From the NCBI RefSeq assembly GCF_004010195.1, contig NC_057711.1:76587817-76651816 (forward strand): a stretch of 64,000 bases of DNA. The letters are read 5' to 3'. The position numbers and the translations under genes are program-made. Of this stretch, positions 37,760-51,018 are shown in pieces (position 1 is the first letter of the stretch; each line of letters begins with the position of its first letter). Origin of the DNA: Chiloscyllium plagiosum (lineage: Eukaryota). A model generated the notes under the pieces. That model was given only the letters and a program-made list of their open reading frames with translations. It did not search any database and was not told the DNA's origin.

Positions 37760-39150
37760 ATTTATTCTTGGGTTTTAAGCATCATTGGCTAGGCCACTAT
37801 TTCCTGTCCATTTCTAAATTCTCCAGAGAAAATGTTGATGATCTGCATTCTTGAAAGGCTGCAGTCCCTCTTTTGCAGGCACACCACAGTGCTGTTACAG
37901 CATTTTGACCCAGAGGCAATAAGGGAATGGTGATGTAGTTTCAAGTCAAGATAACACGTTAAAATTTTTAAAAATTGGATGCTGGATCAAAAACAGAAAT
38001 TGCTGGCAAAGCTCAGCAAGTCTGACAACATCTGTGGGAACAAACAGTTTAAATGAACAGTCACCAGATTCAAATATTAACTCTCCTTTGTTCCCCAGGA
38101 ATGCTACCAGACCTGCTGAGTTTCACCAGCAATTTCTGTTTTGGTTCAAGATAATATACTTCTTGGAGCGCAACATGCAAGTGGTGGTGTCCCCATCCAT
38201 CTACTGCCCTTGGTCTTCCTGATGATAGAGGTTGCAAGTTTGAAAGATGCTGGCAAAGGAGATTAATAAGTTACTCCAGTTCATCTTGTAGATGGTACAA
38301 ACTGTTGCCATTGTGTATCAATGGTGAAGTGACTGAATGTTGAAGGAGGTGTTTCAGGTGCCAAAAATTGGGCTGCTATGGACTAAATAGTGTTGAACTC
38401 TAGGAGATTCAGATGCCTTCCTGATTTCTCCCTTGCAGTTGGTGGACAGGCACTTGGGAGGTGAGTTGCTTGTTACAGAATTTCTAGCCTTTAATTTGTT
38501 CTTATAGCCACAATATTTACATTGCCAGCCCTGTTCAATCTTTGATCAATTATGACAGTAGTTAGTTCAATGATTAGAATGTCTTTTAGTTGTCAAGCGG
38601 TGATGGTAGATTCTCTTTTGTTGGAAGTGGTCATTGTCTGGCACTTTTGAGGTTCAACTGTTACATTCTCCTTATCAGCGCAAGCACTGATGTTGTACTG
38701 AACACAGTGCAGTCGCAGAGTCACAGAGATGTACAGCATGGAAACAGACCCTTCAGTCCAACTCATCCACGCTGACCAGATATCCTAAATTAATCTAGTC
38801 CCTTTTGCTAGCACATGGCCCATAACCATCTAAACCCTGCTTATTCATATACTCTTCCAGATGCTTTTAAATGTTGAAACTTCACCACTTCCTCTGGCAG
38901 CTCATTCTGAAAACGCACAACCTACTGTGTGAAAAAATTGTCCCTTAAGTCCCTTTTAAATCTTTCCCCTCTCATCCTAAACCTATGCCCTCTAGTTCTC
39001 TACTCTCCCACCCCAGGGAAAAGACCTTGTCCATTTACCCTATCAGTGAGCATTCTCACTTCTGACTTTATGACGGAGGGAAGATCATTGATGAAGCAGC
39101 TGAAGAAGCTTGGTCCTAAGACATTAACCTGAGGAACCCCTGCGTGGATG
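37760..39150 (-). mobile_element. L2/CR1-group LINE fragments with a nested family D fold-back (about 37990-38145) and CR1 3' end (38717-39045)
   Basis: Similarity to 18275-19125; inverted AAACAGAAATTGCTGG..CCAGCAATTTCTGTTT; HER1-like tail. Confidence 0.65.
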
Positions 39151-40570
39151 TCCCACCCACCCTAGTGGTGCATCAGGCAAAGTATCTGCTTATGTCTTTT
39201 TCATAGCTAGATTTTCCTGGTACATGTCTGTCATCAGAGATTCTAGTTTGAGGGGCACCACTCCACATGGTAAGGAGATGTTTGCTGCCTGCCATGGGTG
39301 TATTAGAGGGATTTAGTTTGCTGGTTAGCCTGTTTCACCACATTATGAAAGAACATTCCACGGTCATCAAGTCATGAATTCGGATTTAATCTTGGAGAGT
39401 GTTTAGTTCAAAGGTAGGATTGAAACGCAATATCTCCACGTCATTATACATAGTCGTGTTTATTTCATGTGATTATGTTGCCAAAGTTCATCAGTTCTTT
39501 ATTGTATAGAAGTATCAACCTAAGGGCTTGGGCAGATTAGAAGTATTTTGAAGTTATTTTTAACCAACCTGTTCAGATATGTTAATGTCACACTTCCAAG
39601 TTATATGGGATTTGAGATCACATTTTTGTCCCAGAGATAGGAACACTACCATTGCATCACAACAGCCTTAATCTTTGATAATGTTTCTGCTGGGTTATAT
39701 ACACAAGATTTGAAAATAAAAGTCACCAATCTAAATACAATTTTTGGTACATTGTCTTGGGTACCTACTTAACTAAACAGCAGTTGGCAAACTGGGTTGC
39801 ACATTGTATCCCCTTACATTATTTCCTGGCAGGAGGAAAGCACCAAGTAATGTTAGAGCTCATTATAGTCTCACAATGTTCAACTTTTGGGCCAGAATGC
39901 TAAAAGGTTCCCCTCAAGACCATTTGAAAAGCAGCAGCCTAGAACAGTACACATGCTTTTGTAAAGTATTATTACCTAGACTTGGCAGCCCAAAATAATG
40001 AACTCTTGGCAAGATGGCTTTCCAAACTGGCTTGAAAATATAGACCCTCAGAATCCTGTGCATTGCTATGGCATGCTGTTACTCAATCCAGAACTGGAAC
40101 AAAGGATAAAAATAACAGTAGAATGCTTACATTTTATATGTCCCCAATGTTCTGAATGAACACCAAGTTTCCTCCCAACATATTTCTCTTTCTCTCTTGA
40201 TGGAAATGGACCTCAGTGTTCCTGTGCGGTTACAGCATATCAGGTCCAATGCTTCTCTGGAACTGAGTCCTAACCAAGGCTGCGCTTTTATAGTAGAGGA
40301 AGAGAAAATTATATGATGCTGATTTTTGTGTGAGTCCAGAACAAGGAAATAAATATGACAAAAAGGAATCATTAACAGCAAGTCAGGTAGCACCCAAGGA
40401 GCAGGAGAATCGACATTTCAAACATAAGCACTTCATCAGGAAAGATGTTTGTGGGCTGGGGGGGGATGAGAGATAAATGGGAGAGGTCTGGGGGAGAAGG
40501 TTCCTGAGAATGCGATAGGCAGATGAAGTTGGGGCAGAAGGTAATCGGTCAGAGAGGAGGGTGGAGCAAA

Positions 40571-40869
40571 TTAGATTCCCTACAGGCCCTTCGGGCCCAC
40601 AAGTCCACACCTACCCTCCGAAGAGTAACCCACCCAGACCCATTTCCCTCTGACAAATGCATCTAACACTATGGGCAATTCAGCATGGCCAATTTACCTG
40701 ACCTGCACATTTTTGGACTGTGGGAGAAAACCAGAGCACTCGGAGGAAACCCACACAGACACGGGGAGAATGTACAAGCTCCACACAGACAGTCAGCCGA
40801 GGCTGGTATCGAACCTGGGTTCCCTGGTGTTGTGAGGCAACAGTGCTAACCACTAAGGCACCATGCCAC
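40571..40869 (-). mobile_element. HE1-type V-SINE nested in the Penelope-like element
   Basis: Reverse complement of V-domain and tRNA head; TGGAGCA repeated on both sides. Confidence 0.85.
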
Positions 40870-41763
40870 ACCATGGAGCAGATAGATGGGAAAGATATGG
40901 ACAGGTCAAGAGGGTGATGCCAAGTTGGGGGCTTGGGATTAGAATAATGTTGGGGGAGGGGAATTAAGGAAACTGGTGAAATCCACATTAATCCCGTGTG
41001 GCTGCAGGGTCCCAAGGCGGTAGATGAAGCGTTTTCCTCCAGGTGTCAGGTGGTAAGGGTTTGGCAATGGAGGGGGCCCAGGAGTTGCATGTCCTTAGAT
41101 GGGGAGTTGAAGTGTTCAGCCACGGGCAGCGGAGTTGGTTAATGCGGGTGTCCCAGAGATGTTCTCTGAAACGATCCACAAGTTGGCGTTCTGTCTCCCC
41201 GATGTAGAGGAGACCACGTCGGTTGCAATGGAAACAGTAGATGACATTGGTGGAGGTACAGGTAAATTTCTGTCGGATGTGGAAGGATTGTTTGGGGCCT
41301 TGGACGGAGGTGAGGGGAGAGGTGTGGGCACAGGTTTTGCACTTCCTGTGGTGGCAGGGGTAGGTGCCGGGAGTGGGATGTGGGTTGGTGTGGGGGGGAG
41401 GGGAGTGGAGGTCGTGGATCTGACAAGGAAGCTAGGGAGGGAATGGTGTCTCCGGAATGCTGATAGGGGTGGGGAGGGAAATATGTCCCTGGTGGTGGAA
41501 TCTGTTTGTATGCGGATCAGGGGGTTCTGTCCTTGCTGCGTTGGGAGGGTTGGGATTCAAGGGCAGAGGTGCGGGAAGTAGAGGAGATGTACTGGAGGGC
41601 ATTATCGACCATGTGAGAGGGGAAATTGCGATCTTTGAAGAAGGAGGCCATCTGGGATTTTCTACGGTGGAATTGGTTATCCTGGAAACAGATGCAGCAG
41701 AGGCAGAGGAATTGGGAACAAGAGATGACATTTTTACAGGAGTTTGGGTGAGGGGAGGTACAG

Positions 41764-42002
41764 AGCTGAAAATGTGTTGCTGGAAAAGCGCAGCAGGTCA
41801 GGCAGCATCCAAGGAACAGGAGNNNNNNNNNNNNNNNNNNNNNNNNNNNNNNNNNNNNNNNNNNNNNNNNNNNNNNNNNNNNNNNNNNNNNNNNNNNNNN
41901 NNNNNNNNNNNNNNNNNNNNNNNNNNNNNNNNNNNNNNNNNNNNNTTTCCAGCAACACATTTTCAGCTCTGATCTCCAGCATCTGCAGTCCTCACTTTCT
42001 CC
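41764..42002. mobile_element. Family A fold-back mini-element (N gap at centre)
   Basis: Inverted arms; 15-bp duplication TGAG(G/A)GGAGGTACAG at 41749-41763 and 42003-42017. Confidence 0.85.
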
Positions 42003-42766
42003 TGAGAGGAGGTACAGTCCAGGTAGCTTTGGGAGTCATTGGATTTGTAGTAGATGTCCATGGTTAGTTGGTCACTGGATATGGCGTTGCTGAGGTCCAG
42101 GAAGGGGAGGGAGGTGTCCGAGATGGTCCAGGTGAATTTGAGGTCAGGGTGAAAGGTGTTAGTGAAGTTGATGAACTGTTCAAGCTCCTCGTGGGAGCAC
42201 AAGGTGACGTCGATACAGTCATTGATGTAGCCAAGGGAAAAGTGGGAGTTGGCACCCGTGTAGCTGCAGAAGATGGACTGTTTCAGATACCCAGCAAAGA
42301 GGCAGGTATAGTTGGGCACATGCGGGTGCTCTTGGCTACCCCTTTGGTCTGGAGGAAGTGGGAGGATTCAAAGCTTGAACAGTTCATCAACTTCGCCCAC
42401 ACCTTTCACCCCGACCTCAAATTCACCTGGACTACAACTCCTCCCACCCTACCTCCTGTAAAAATGCCATCCTTTCTTACTAATTCCTCTGCCTCTGCCT
42501 CACCTGTTTTCAGGATGACCAATTCCACCTTAGAAAATCCAAGATGGCCTTTTAAAAAGACCGTTCCCTCTGTGACTCGCTCATCAGATCCAAGCCCCCC
42601 AACAGACCACACCCCACTCGCAGCACCTCTCCTGCCACCACAGGAAGTGCAATGCTTACACTCACACCACTCCCCTCACCTCCATCCAAGACCCCAAAGG
42701 AACCTTCCACATCCGACAGCAATTTACCTGTACCTCCACTAACATCATCTACTGTATCCATTGCCA

Positions 42767-42980
42767 GAACTGAAAATGTGTTGCTGGAAAAGCGCAGCAG
42801 GTCAGGCAGCATCCAGGGAACAGGAGAATCGACGTTTCGGGCATAAGCCCTTCTTCAGGGCTTATGCCCGAAACGTCGATTCTCCTGTTCCCTGGATGCT
42901 GCCTGACCTGCTGCGCTTTTCCAGCAACACATTTTCACCTCTGATCTCCAGCATCTGCAGCCCTCACTTTCTCCTCAAAG
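42767..42980. mobile_element. Family A fold-back mini-element
   Basis: Near-perfect inverted arms of about 80 bp; perfect 16-bp duplication ACTGTATCCATTGCCA at 42751-42766 and 42981-42996. Confidence 0.92.
42826..42859 (-). ncRNA. Minimal hammerhead ribozyme motif
   Basis: Minus strand C-CTGAAGA-A-GGGC-TTAT-GCCC-GAAA-CGTC-GATTC. Confidence 0.6.
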
Positions 42981-45914
42981 ACTGTATCCATTGCCACCCA
43001 ATGTGGTCTCCTCTACATCGGGAAGACAGAGTGTCAACTTGCATATCGTTTCAAAGAACATCTCTGGGACACCTGCACCAACCAATCCCACTGCTCCACG
43101 GCTGAACACCTCAACTCCCCCTCACAATCCACAGATCATGGGCCTCCTCCATCGCCAAACCCTTATCACCCGATGCCTGGAGGAAGAATGCCTCATCTTC
43201 CACCTCAGGACCCTCCAAATATATGGGATCAATGTGGATTTCACCAGTTTCTTCATTTGCCCTCCCCTCATATTATCCAAGTCCCAAGCCTCCAACTTGA
43301 CATTGCCCTCTTGACCTGTCCATCATCTTTCCCATCTATGTGCTCCACCCTCCTCTCCGACCTACCACTTTCTCCACCACCTTCATCACCTATCACATTC
43401 TCAGGTACCTTCTCCCCAACCCTCTCCCACTCCCATTTATCTCTCAGCCCCCTTAGCCCACAAACCTCATTCCTGATGAAGGGGTTTTGCCCGAAATGTT
43501 GATTCTTCTGCTCCTCAGATGATGCCTGACCTGCTGTGTCTTTCCAGCACCACACTCTCGACTCTGATCTCCAGCATCTGCAATCCTCACTTTCTGCAAA
43601 AAAGAATCATTAATAGGTGAACAAATGTTAGGAAGAATTTCACGATACAGAAGGTGATGAATATGTGCAACTCAGTGACACATGACAGTGAATACATTGA
43701 TACACTTAAAGGAGGCCTGATTTATGCATCAAAGAGATATGGAGTTTGAGTGGCAAAAGGAAAAGAATGTGAGGAAAGGTTTACGTGGAGTACAAACTTT
43801 GGCAGAAACGAGTCAGATGGATAATACTCTACTGAGTGAAGGCTCAAATTACTATCAAAGGAAAAGGAAGAGCAAATAGTTTTCAAAGAATGGTTAACAT
43901 GAGAAAAAGGCATTTGCAAAATGCAGCCTACTTCATGATTATTTACATTGCTGCAAGTAGGGATTTTAGATTGATTCTACATCAAACTGAGACCCCACAA
44001 GTTTCAAACAGGAACAGATTGCACCTTTAGGAAGACAGCAGCAAGCTAAACATGGGACAGAATCTTTGTAAGCCAAAGGAAAATCAATGACTTCCCATCC
44101 TCTTTCAGTCTGCTTGCACACAGTTATTTATTTCATTACTATTTTATTATTGATTTATTTTGGGGTCTCGCTGATATGTGCTGACAGAATTTGAAATCAC
44201 ATTGTCTAATGTTTACTATTAAAATAGTAAATGTGTTATGGGTTATGGATGTTGCTAATTCATTGTCTATCCCTAAGTGGCCTTGAGATAGTTCTGTTTA
44301 GCTACAATCTTGAACCACTGTTGTCAATGTTGACATAGCTACACCCAGAGCACTGTTCGAAGGGAGTTCCAAGATTTTGATTCAGCAATAATGGAGTGAA
44401 CTGAAATATAGTTGCAAATCGGGATGCTATATAACTTAGTGTGGAACTTAATAGTGATAGTGTTCTCATGCACCTGCTGTCTTTGTTGTTCAGTGCGGTA
44501 GAAGTTTCAGATTTCGAATGTGCTATCAAAGGATCTTTGGCAAGGTGCTTTCCTGTGCATAGTATATATACTGCTGCCACTGTGTGCTGGCAGTATAAAG
44601 AATGATTGACTAAACTGGTGGCTGATATGTGGATCAAGCAGGCTGCTTTGAACTAGACTATGTTATGTTTCTTAATATTAGGCTTGACTTGCTGTCACTG
44701 GTGAACAACTGCACAATGTGACTTTGAACACTTTCCACGTATTAGTTCTAATTCATGTCTTTTATCTTCACAGGTCTTCCATGGCTGACATAGAAGGCTA
44801 TCAATGGGGTTGTCAGAGGAGGGTGTACATACTGAGGGAATGTCATTTCATGGCACATGCACTCTCCATTAACACTACATAAACAGGTTATGTTGGAACT
44901 CCAATAAAGATATCTAAACCCTGAACAACCTTCAAAGATTACTTGTATGAACACTTGGGCTATAATGTGGGAAAGCGGACATGTGGAGGTAGGAGTGTAT
45001 GTTTTGATGGTACAGCCTCAATGGACCAAAAGGCCTCTTCAATACCATGTCTTCTATTTTGTCTAAAGGTGGAGTACACATCTTATGTAGGCAAGACCAA
45101 CTGCTGGATATATTTGGAAGTCCCCATTATTTGGTGCAGGACCTATCAAACTTGGCTCAGTTGGATGCACATGCTGAGCCTTGGCAGATGAGACAGAGTC
45201 ATCCATAAAGAGGACAATGTAGAGCACCAACTAATATATGTTTTCTTCTATTTGCATTTACAGGGGTGGAGTACACCATTGGAGATAGATTGATATGTTC
45301 ATCATAATTGCAACTGCCATGATCTGTCTTGTATTTGTGTTCATACCCATCTCCATAGAGAAATTTACAACTGCATGGAAAATCAAACATAGTAGCCAAC
45401 AGAGTGTATTCTGCCCCTGACCAATGGCTTGCATATTCAGGCTTCCACTTAAGATGAAGGAAAGCCTCATTTTTGCTCTTCTGTATCACAATGAGGTACA
45501 GCAAAGAACTCTCTTGCTCTTGGCTGGCAGCAAATTACATGTGGGTATGTGGAAGGACGTCTTTTCTCAACATTCCTCCTCACTCTAGGCTGCAGAACAA
45601 ACATTACCTTCCTCTTGCTGCAGCTCCAGTACTCTATATTGTAGTATTATGCAAGACAGAGCAGACCATTAACATTCAAGAAATATTTGCACGTGCATAT
45701 GCACCAAAATATCAGACATTTTCAAACTTGCATCTTAAGCAGATCAATGCCTTTCTCAATTAATGATCTTGTGCTCTCATGGCTCCAGTTATAACTTCCT
45801 TCTGCAGGCTTTGTGGGGCCCTCATGTCCACATCCACACATTATATGCCTTGTTGCCAAGGAGACACCCAGTGACTCTGATTGGAATTGTGAAGCAGTCA
45901 TTGACTCATAAATA

Positions 45915-46152
45915 GAGATAGTGCAGATTGAGGCCATTCAGCCCATTGAGATTGCTCTTAAGAGCAACCCATCCGTATTTACCTTGGCTAATCCATCAAA
46001 CCTGGACATCCCTGGAATGTGGGAGGAAACCAAGTACCTGCCAGATACCCACACAGTTAGTGAGAACGTGCAAACTCCACACAGTTAGCCAAAGTTAGAA
46101 TTGAACTGGGGTTCCTGTTGCTGTGAGGCAGCACTGCTAGCCACTGTGCCAC
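45915..46152 (-). mobile_element. Degenerate V-SINE
   Basis: GAGAACGTGCAAACTCCACACAG and GCTGTGAGGCAGCACTGCTAGCCACTGTGCCACC (reverse tRNA head). Confidence 0.7.
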
Positions 46153-47484
46153 CAATGCCATGTCTGAAGGATGTAACAGACTATTACAAATATTCAGAGT
46201 ACATGAAAAACTTCCAATGTTGGAATTATAGAAAATTAATGTGTCCAGCATTTTCTGGTTTCATTTCATATTACCAGTATCAGCACTATTACTTTTCCAC
46301 CGACTTATGTCCTTGCTCTTGGAGCACAACCTCCACCAAAATGTTTCTTGCTGAAGGTAGAGGTCAATCAAACTAAGCTTGGATTGGGAACCTGCTACTT
46401 AAAAGAGAAGATTGGCATAGAGTTAAATATCAATTTTTGCCTCTCCACCACTGGGCTCAGTAAAATCTTTTTCAGTCAAAACTGCAGACACAGCTCATAA
46501 ATATAGAGAAATAAAAAGTGTTCCATCTCAATAAAGAGTCAAGATTTACTAAAACCAGATAAAAACAGTCAGCCTCAGAGGATTTCATTTTCATTTCAGT
46601 ACTTGAACAACTGCACTGGGACAAAGCAAATCATATATCCAAGTTTTATTTCCATTTCAATTAATGATCTATATTATGATTTTATTGCACAAGCTGTGAA
46701 GTGGAAAATTACTACAAAGGAGAAAATGACCCTCAAGGAAGGGGTAAGAGACTGATATCTGGAGAAAGAGAAGTTCTGTTATCAGCATAGGATGAAGGAA
46801 AAACACGTCAGGAAAGATAACTGAGGCAGAAGGAGAAAGTGGTGAGGAGAGAAATAAAAGGATGTTTAACAAAAGTAATTAGTGGAGAAAAAGGAAAATA
46901 GTGTACTAAGGGCCAGAGAAAATTTAATGGCAAATATAAATATTAAAAAATAAATATATAAAACAAATATAGTAAACTTTGTGTTATTCCAACAATCGCT
47001 GTCAACCAGAATTCTTTTGTAAACAGGATTCCTTATTAAAAGTCGACCAATTTCAATATTCAACTAATGCAATCATAACTTTAAACTGCACATCTGCAAA
47101 AATTGTCCTTAGGTTTTTGGTTAAATTTTTGGATCAGTTTTAGTTGTGTCAGAACACAGATATGCCACTGGTAGTAACTGTCAGTGAAACTGTCAGCCTG
47201 ATTATTTTCCCCCTAGTCTTTCGATCATGGTTATCAGTTGTGGTGTTAGCTTGGTCTTCAGTTGTGGTAGTTTGCTGCTGAGCTGGGCTACCTGACTGCC
47301 CACCTGCCTCCTCTCCCCTCAATTTCTCAAAAGTAAAGCCACAGCATCTCTTGTGCAGGAGGAATATAATTCCCCATTAACTGTAATTTTGATTAAACCT
47401 ACTCCTGCAGAAAGCTGAAAAACAAAGATTAAATACAACGACAAAAATTTGTTTCGCATATTTACAGCCATGGATGTACTTGTG

Positions 47485-48050
47485 CTCTTATCCATTTTGC
47501 TTGGAAGAATAAAAAGACAATTTACTACCTAAATGGAGGGAATCTTCACAATGCTTAGGTACAGAAGAGTCTGGGTGTCCTTGTCTGTGAGGTACTAAAA
47601 CTAGTATGCAGAAACAACAGGTAATAAGGAGGGAAAATGGAATGTTGGCATTTATTCTGAAGAAATGGAGTATAAAAGTAGAGAGGTGTTGTTGCAACTG
47701 TACAAGGGATTGGTGAGTCCACATCTGGAATATTGCATATATTTTTGGTCCCCTTACTTGGGGAAGGATAGAATTACACTGGACGTTGTTCAGAGAATGT
47801 TCAATAGATTAATTCCAGAGGTGATATGCTTGTCTTCTACGGAGAGCTTGAGTAATTTAGGTTGTACATGCTACAGTTTAGAAGGGTGATAGAAGGCCTA
47901 AAAATTGAGGTATGTAAGATGCTAAATGGGATTGACAAAGTAATGCAGAGTGGATGTTTCACCTTATGGAGAAATCTAGGACAAGACATTATAGCTTTAG
48001 ATTAAGGGGAAGCTGGTATAAAAGAAAGGGTCATGTATCGCTGGAATTCA
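47485..48050 (+). mobile_element. CR1 LINE fragment
   Basis: EYKSREVLLQLYKGLVSPHLEYCIYFWSPY. Confidence 0.85.
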
Positions 48051-49217
48051 CAATGGTAGAGTTATATTCATATGTTCATGTCTCACGAATGGAGAAGAAC
48101 ACTATAATGTGCTAACAACACTCAGAAGTAAAATAATTTTTCTTCAGAATTTCAAGGTTGAACTTCTAGGTTAAAGTCACCAAACAAAGTAAAGTAAGAC
48201 CCAAAGCCATAGGAATGGAAGTAAGTTATATTGAATAGCCTTTTAATGCAGGAACTCTAAGAGTCTGTTCATTATTGCTAAACTTTGACTATCAAACATA
48301 CATCACAGAATGATTCCAGACTGCAGAATGTAAACATTCTCAGTGGTTTGACTGGTTTTCTCCTATAGTATATTGTTTGAATTTGACATCAATCATACTT
48401 TATAGGGAAAATTGCTATTGATTGGCATTTTGCTGTATTTTGTACCCAAGTACTAAAATGTATTACAAAAATGAACTGTCCTTATTTAATTTCTTAAAAA
48501 GAAGTCACCTGCTGGTTTGTATTTCACAAGAGCTGTTCCCTGGTCAGTTTTTAATTGAAAACATCATGTTGAAATGAATAGGGCTATCGTCACTTCTGTC
48601 ACTTTTATGTTAACCATTTTAACACTTGCCACCAATTAAAACCATTCTTATGTTTGATTGACATGAGCTAAAGTCTACACACAAAATAATAGTTTAAAGG
48701 AACAACAGTTTTCCTCACATGTTGAACCATGGTTCAGTGTTCAGAACCATCTACAAATCAAAGAACCAGTGTGAATTCTTACAGAGAGATCGGACCTTTT
48801 GAAATTGTTTTGAAGATAAAATCAGACCAATCAACTTTGTTGTTAGGTTTCTGTGTTTGAAAACTGTATAACAAAACACAAAAAAGAACCTACTTAGAAT
48901 AGGAATATAAAAGAAACAATTTTCTGCAACTTCCTTTGTAAATAATAAAATCTAGTCATCTAGTATTATACAGAGAATTTTTTGGTTCCTTTCACTGAGG
49001 ACTATTACATTAACTACTTGCTCCTTCTCTTCACTTCTTATAATTATTAATGTTTAGTTCATTGATTTTCATACAGTCATATACTTGGCATTACCATCAT
49101 ATTATTATAAATGGGTTTCAGGATTACAGCCCTGTCAATTTCAACATTATGTTTTCAACGAACAACTGACAACAGACAGCTTCTGTGAAATGTAAACCAG
49201 CAGGTGAATTTATTACT

Positions 49218-49840
49218 TTATTGGTCAGAATATTGAGTACAGGAGTTGGGAGGTCATGTTGTGGCTGCATAGGACCTTTGGTTGGACCACTGTTGGAATA
49301 TTGCGTGCAATTCTGGTCTCCTTCCTATCGGAAAGACATTATGAAACTTGAAGGAGTTCAGAAAAGATTTACAAGGATGTTGCCAGGGTTGGAGGATTTG
49401 AACTATAGGGAGAGGCTGAACAGGCTGGGGCTGTTTTCCCTGGAGCGTCGGAGGCTGAGGGGTGATCTTATCAAGGTTTACAAAATAATGAGGGGCATGG
49501 ACAGGATAAATAGACAAAGTCTTTTCCCTGGGGTCGGGGAGTCCAGAACTAGAGGGCATAGGTTTAGGGTGAGAGGGGAACGATATAAAAGAGACCTAAG
49601 GGGCAACCTTTCACACAGAGGGTGGTATGTGTATGGAATGAGATACCAGAGGATGTGGTGGAAGCTGGTACAATTGTAACATTTAAAAGACATTTGGATG
49701 GGTATATGAATAGGAAGGGTTTGGAGGGATAGGGGCAGGTGCTGGCAGGTGGAACTAGATTGGGTTTCGATATCTGGTCGGCATAGACGGGTTGGACCGA
49801 AGGGTCTGTTTCCATGCTGTACATATCTATGACTCTATGA
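49218..49840 (+). mobile_element. Young CR1 (HER1-like) 3' fragment
   Basis: LLEYCVQFWSPSYRKD..LERRRLRGDLIKVYKIMRG; CTATGACTCTATGA tail. Confidence 0.92.
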
Positions 49841-49999
49841 TAGTTCATTTTTATAATACATTTTAGTATTTGGATACAAAATACAGCATAATGCCAACCC
49901 AATAGCAATATTCCCTATAAAGTATGATTGATGCCAAATGTTAATTATTACTGCATATATCAGCAATACATCATATTTGTTAATTACATTAGTTTCTGA

Positions 50000-50960
50000 T
50001 AATTATGCACATCCACTTAAAATCTATGACATTAGAAGATTGTCCCGATTTTGCTGCAGTAGAGAAGGGTGATCAACATAATAGTCTTATCTTGTTGACT
50101 TCTAGAAGTCCCTGTTGTCAAATATGTTGTTGCAGCTTGAAAAAGTCAACACTGACACAGTTGACTTGCTGCTGGATTTCTTCATTGATAGCTCCTTGCG
50201 TATGTTTGCTGCTAAAATGTGGGAAGAGCTGTGTGTATTCCAGAGCCAATCTCTCTATGCATGTGGTACAGGGTATGCTTAACTGATGTTGGGAAGATTG
50301 CTGGAGGACCTTTTGTCTTGGCCAAACATCATATATAAAATGTTGAAAAAGTCAAGCATCATTTTCATGTCCTGTTGGGAGTGGGCCACCACGTATCAAT
50401 CATCCACTCACTGAAGATTGTGCATGTCCGTGGTGATAGGATTTGTTTTTGTCCTGAACCAAGGTTGAATAGCTTCCTATCCAGATGATGTTAAATGATG
50501 ACACTGGGTAGTAGGTCATGTTGGAAGAGGTGGATGATGATGCTCAGGTAGATATGAACAAGGTGGGAGTGATCACACAACCTTCTTTCACCCCATTCTG
50601 GGTATAAAAGGTGTCTGTTTCAGATCCTTCCTTCAGGGTGATAGTGATCATATTGTCAAGCAGAAGTCTCAGGATAGTGGCAGACTTCAACAATGGGCAA
50701 CCAAAGCATTGGAAGTTAATCGATATGGCTTCATGATTTTGAGAATCAAAGACCTTAGCTGATGAACATGAAGAACAATTCGAGACTTTGCTTCAGACAT
50801 TTTTCTTGGATCTGCCTGGACCCAAAGTTTTAGAAGCTACACTGGGTTACCAGGAGTAATTCTTCAGAAATAGGAGAAAGTTTATGCAGGATCTAATTTG
50901 CAATGGACAGGAAAGATATCCCTCTTTATCTTCCACAATCAGTCAAATTCTTGAGATCTT
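50000..50960 (-). mobile_element. RTE-clade LINE RT remnant
   Basis: Minus strand DCGR*RGISFLSIA, EELLLVTQCSF, KVFDSQNHEA..FGCP..ILRLLLDNM..NGVKEGCVITPTLF. Confidence 0.75.
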
Positions 50961-51018
50961 ATACCAGTGATACCTATGTCCTGGGGATCAAATAGCAGGA
51001 CTGCTGGATCAATGTTAC

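Larger units (their letters stand above)
40376..43596. mobile_element. Penelope-like retroelement in inverted-dimer arrangement (RT plus GIY-YIG)
   Basis: Minus strand: FLQTKGVA, GYINDC (YIDD), FHPDLKFTW, LPFLDL, NVIYCFHC..LYIGET; inverted second copy at 42372-43596; 17-bp flanking duplication CAAAAA(G/A)GAATCATTAA at 40359-40375 and 43597-43613. Confidence 0.9.

Noticed and set aside
41135-42742. Long plus-strand ORFs (148, 171 and 224 aa)
   Set aside because: Mostly antisense or off-frame readings of the Penelope-like RT/GIY-YIG sequence
45240-45500. Strong acceptor-like site and hydrophobic frame MFIIIATAMICLVFVF as a possible exon
   Set aside because: All three frames after the acceptor hit early stops and I recognise no homology
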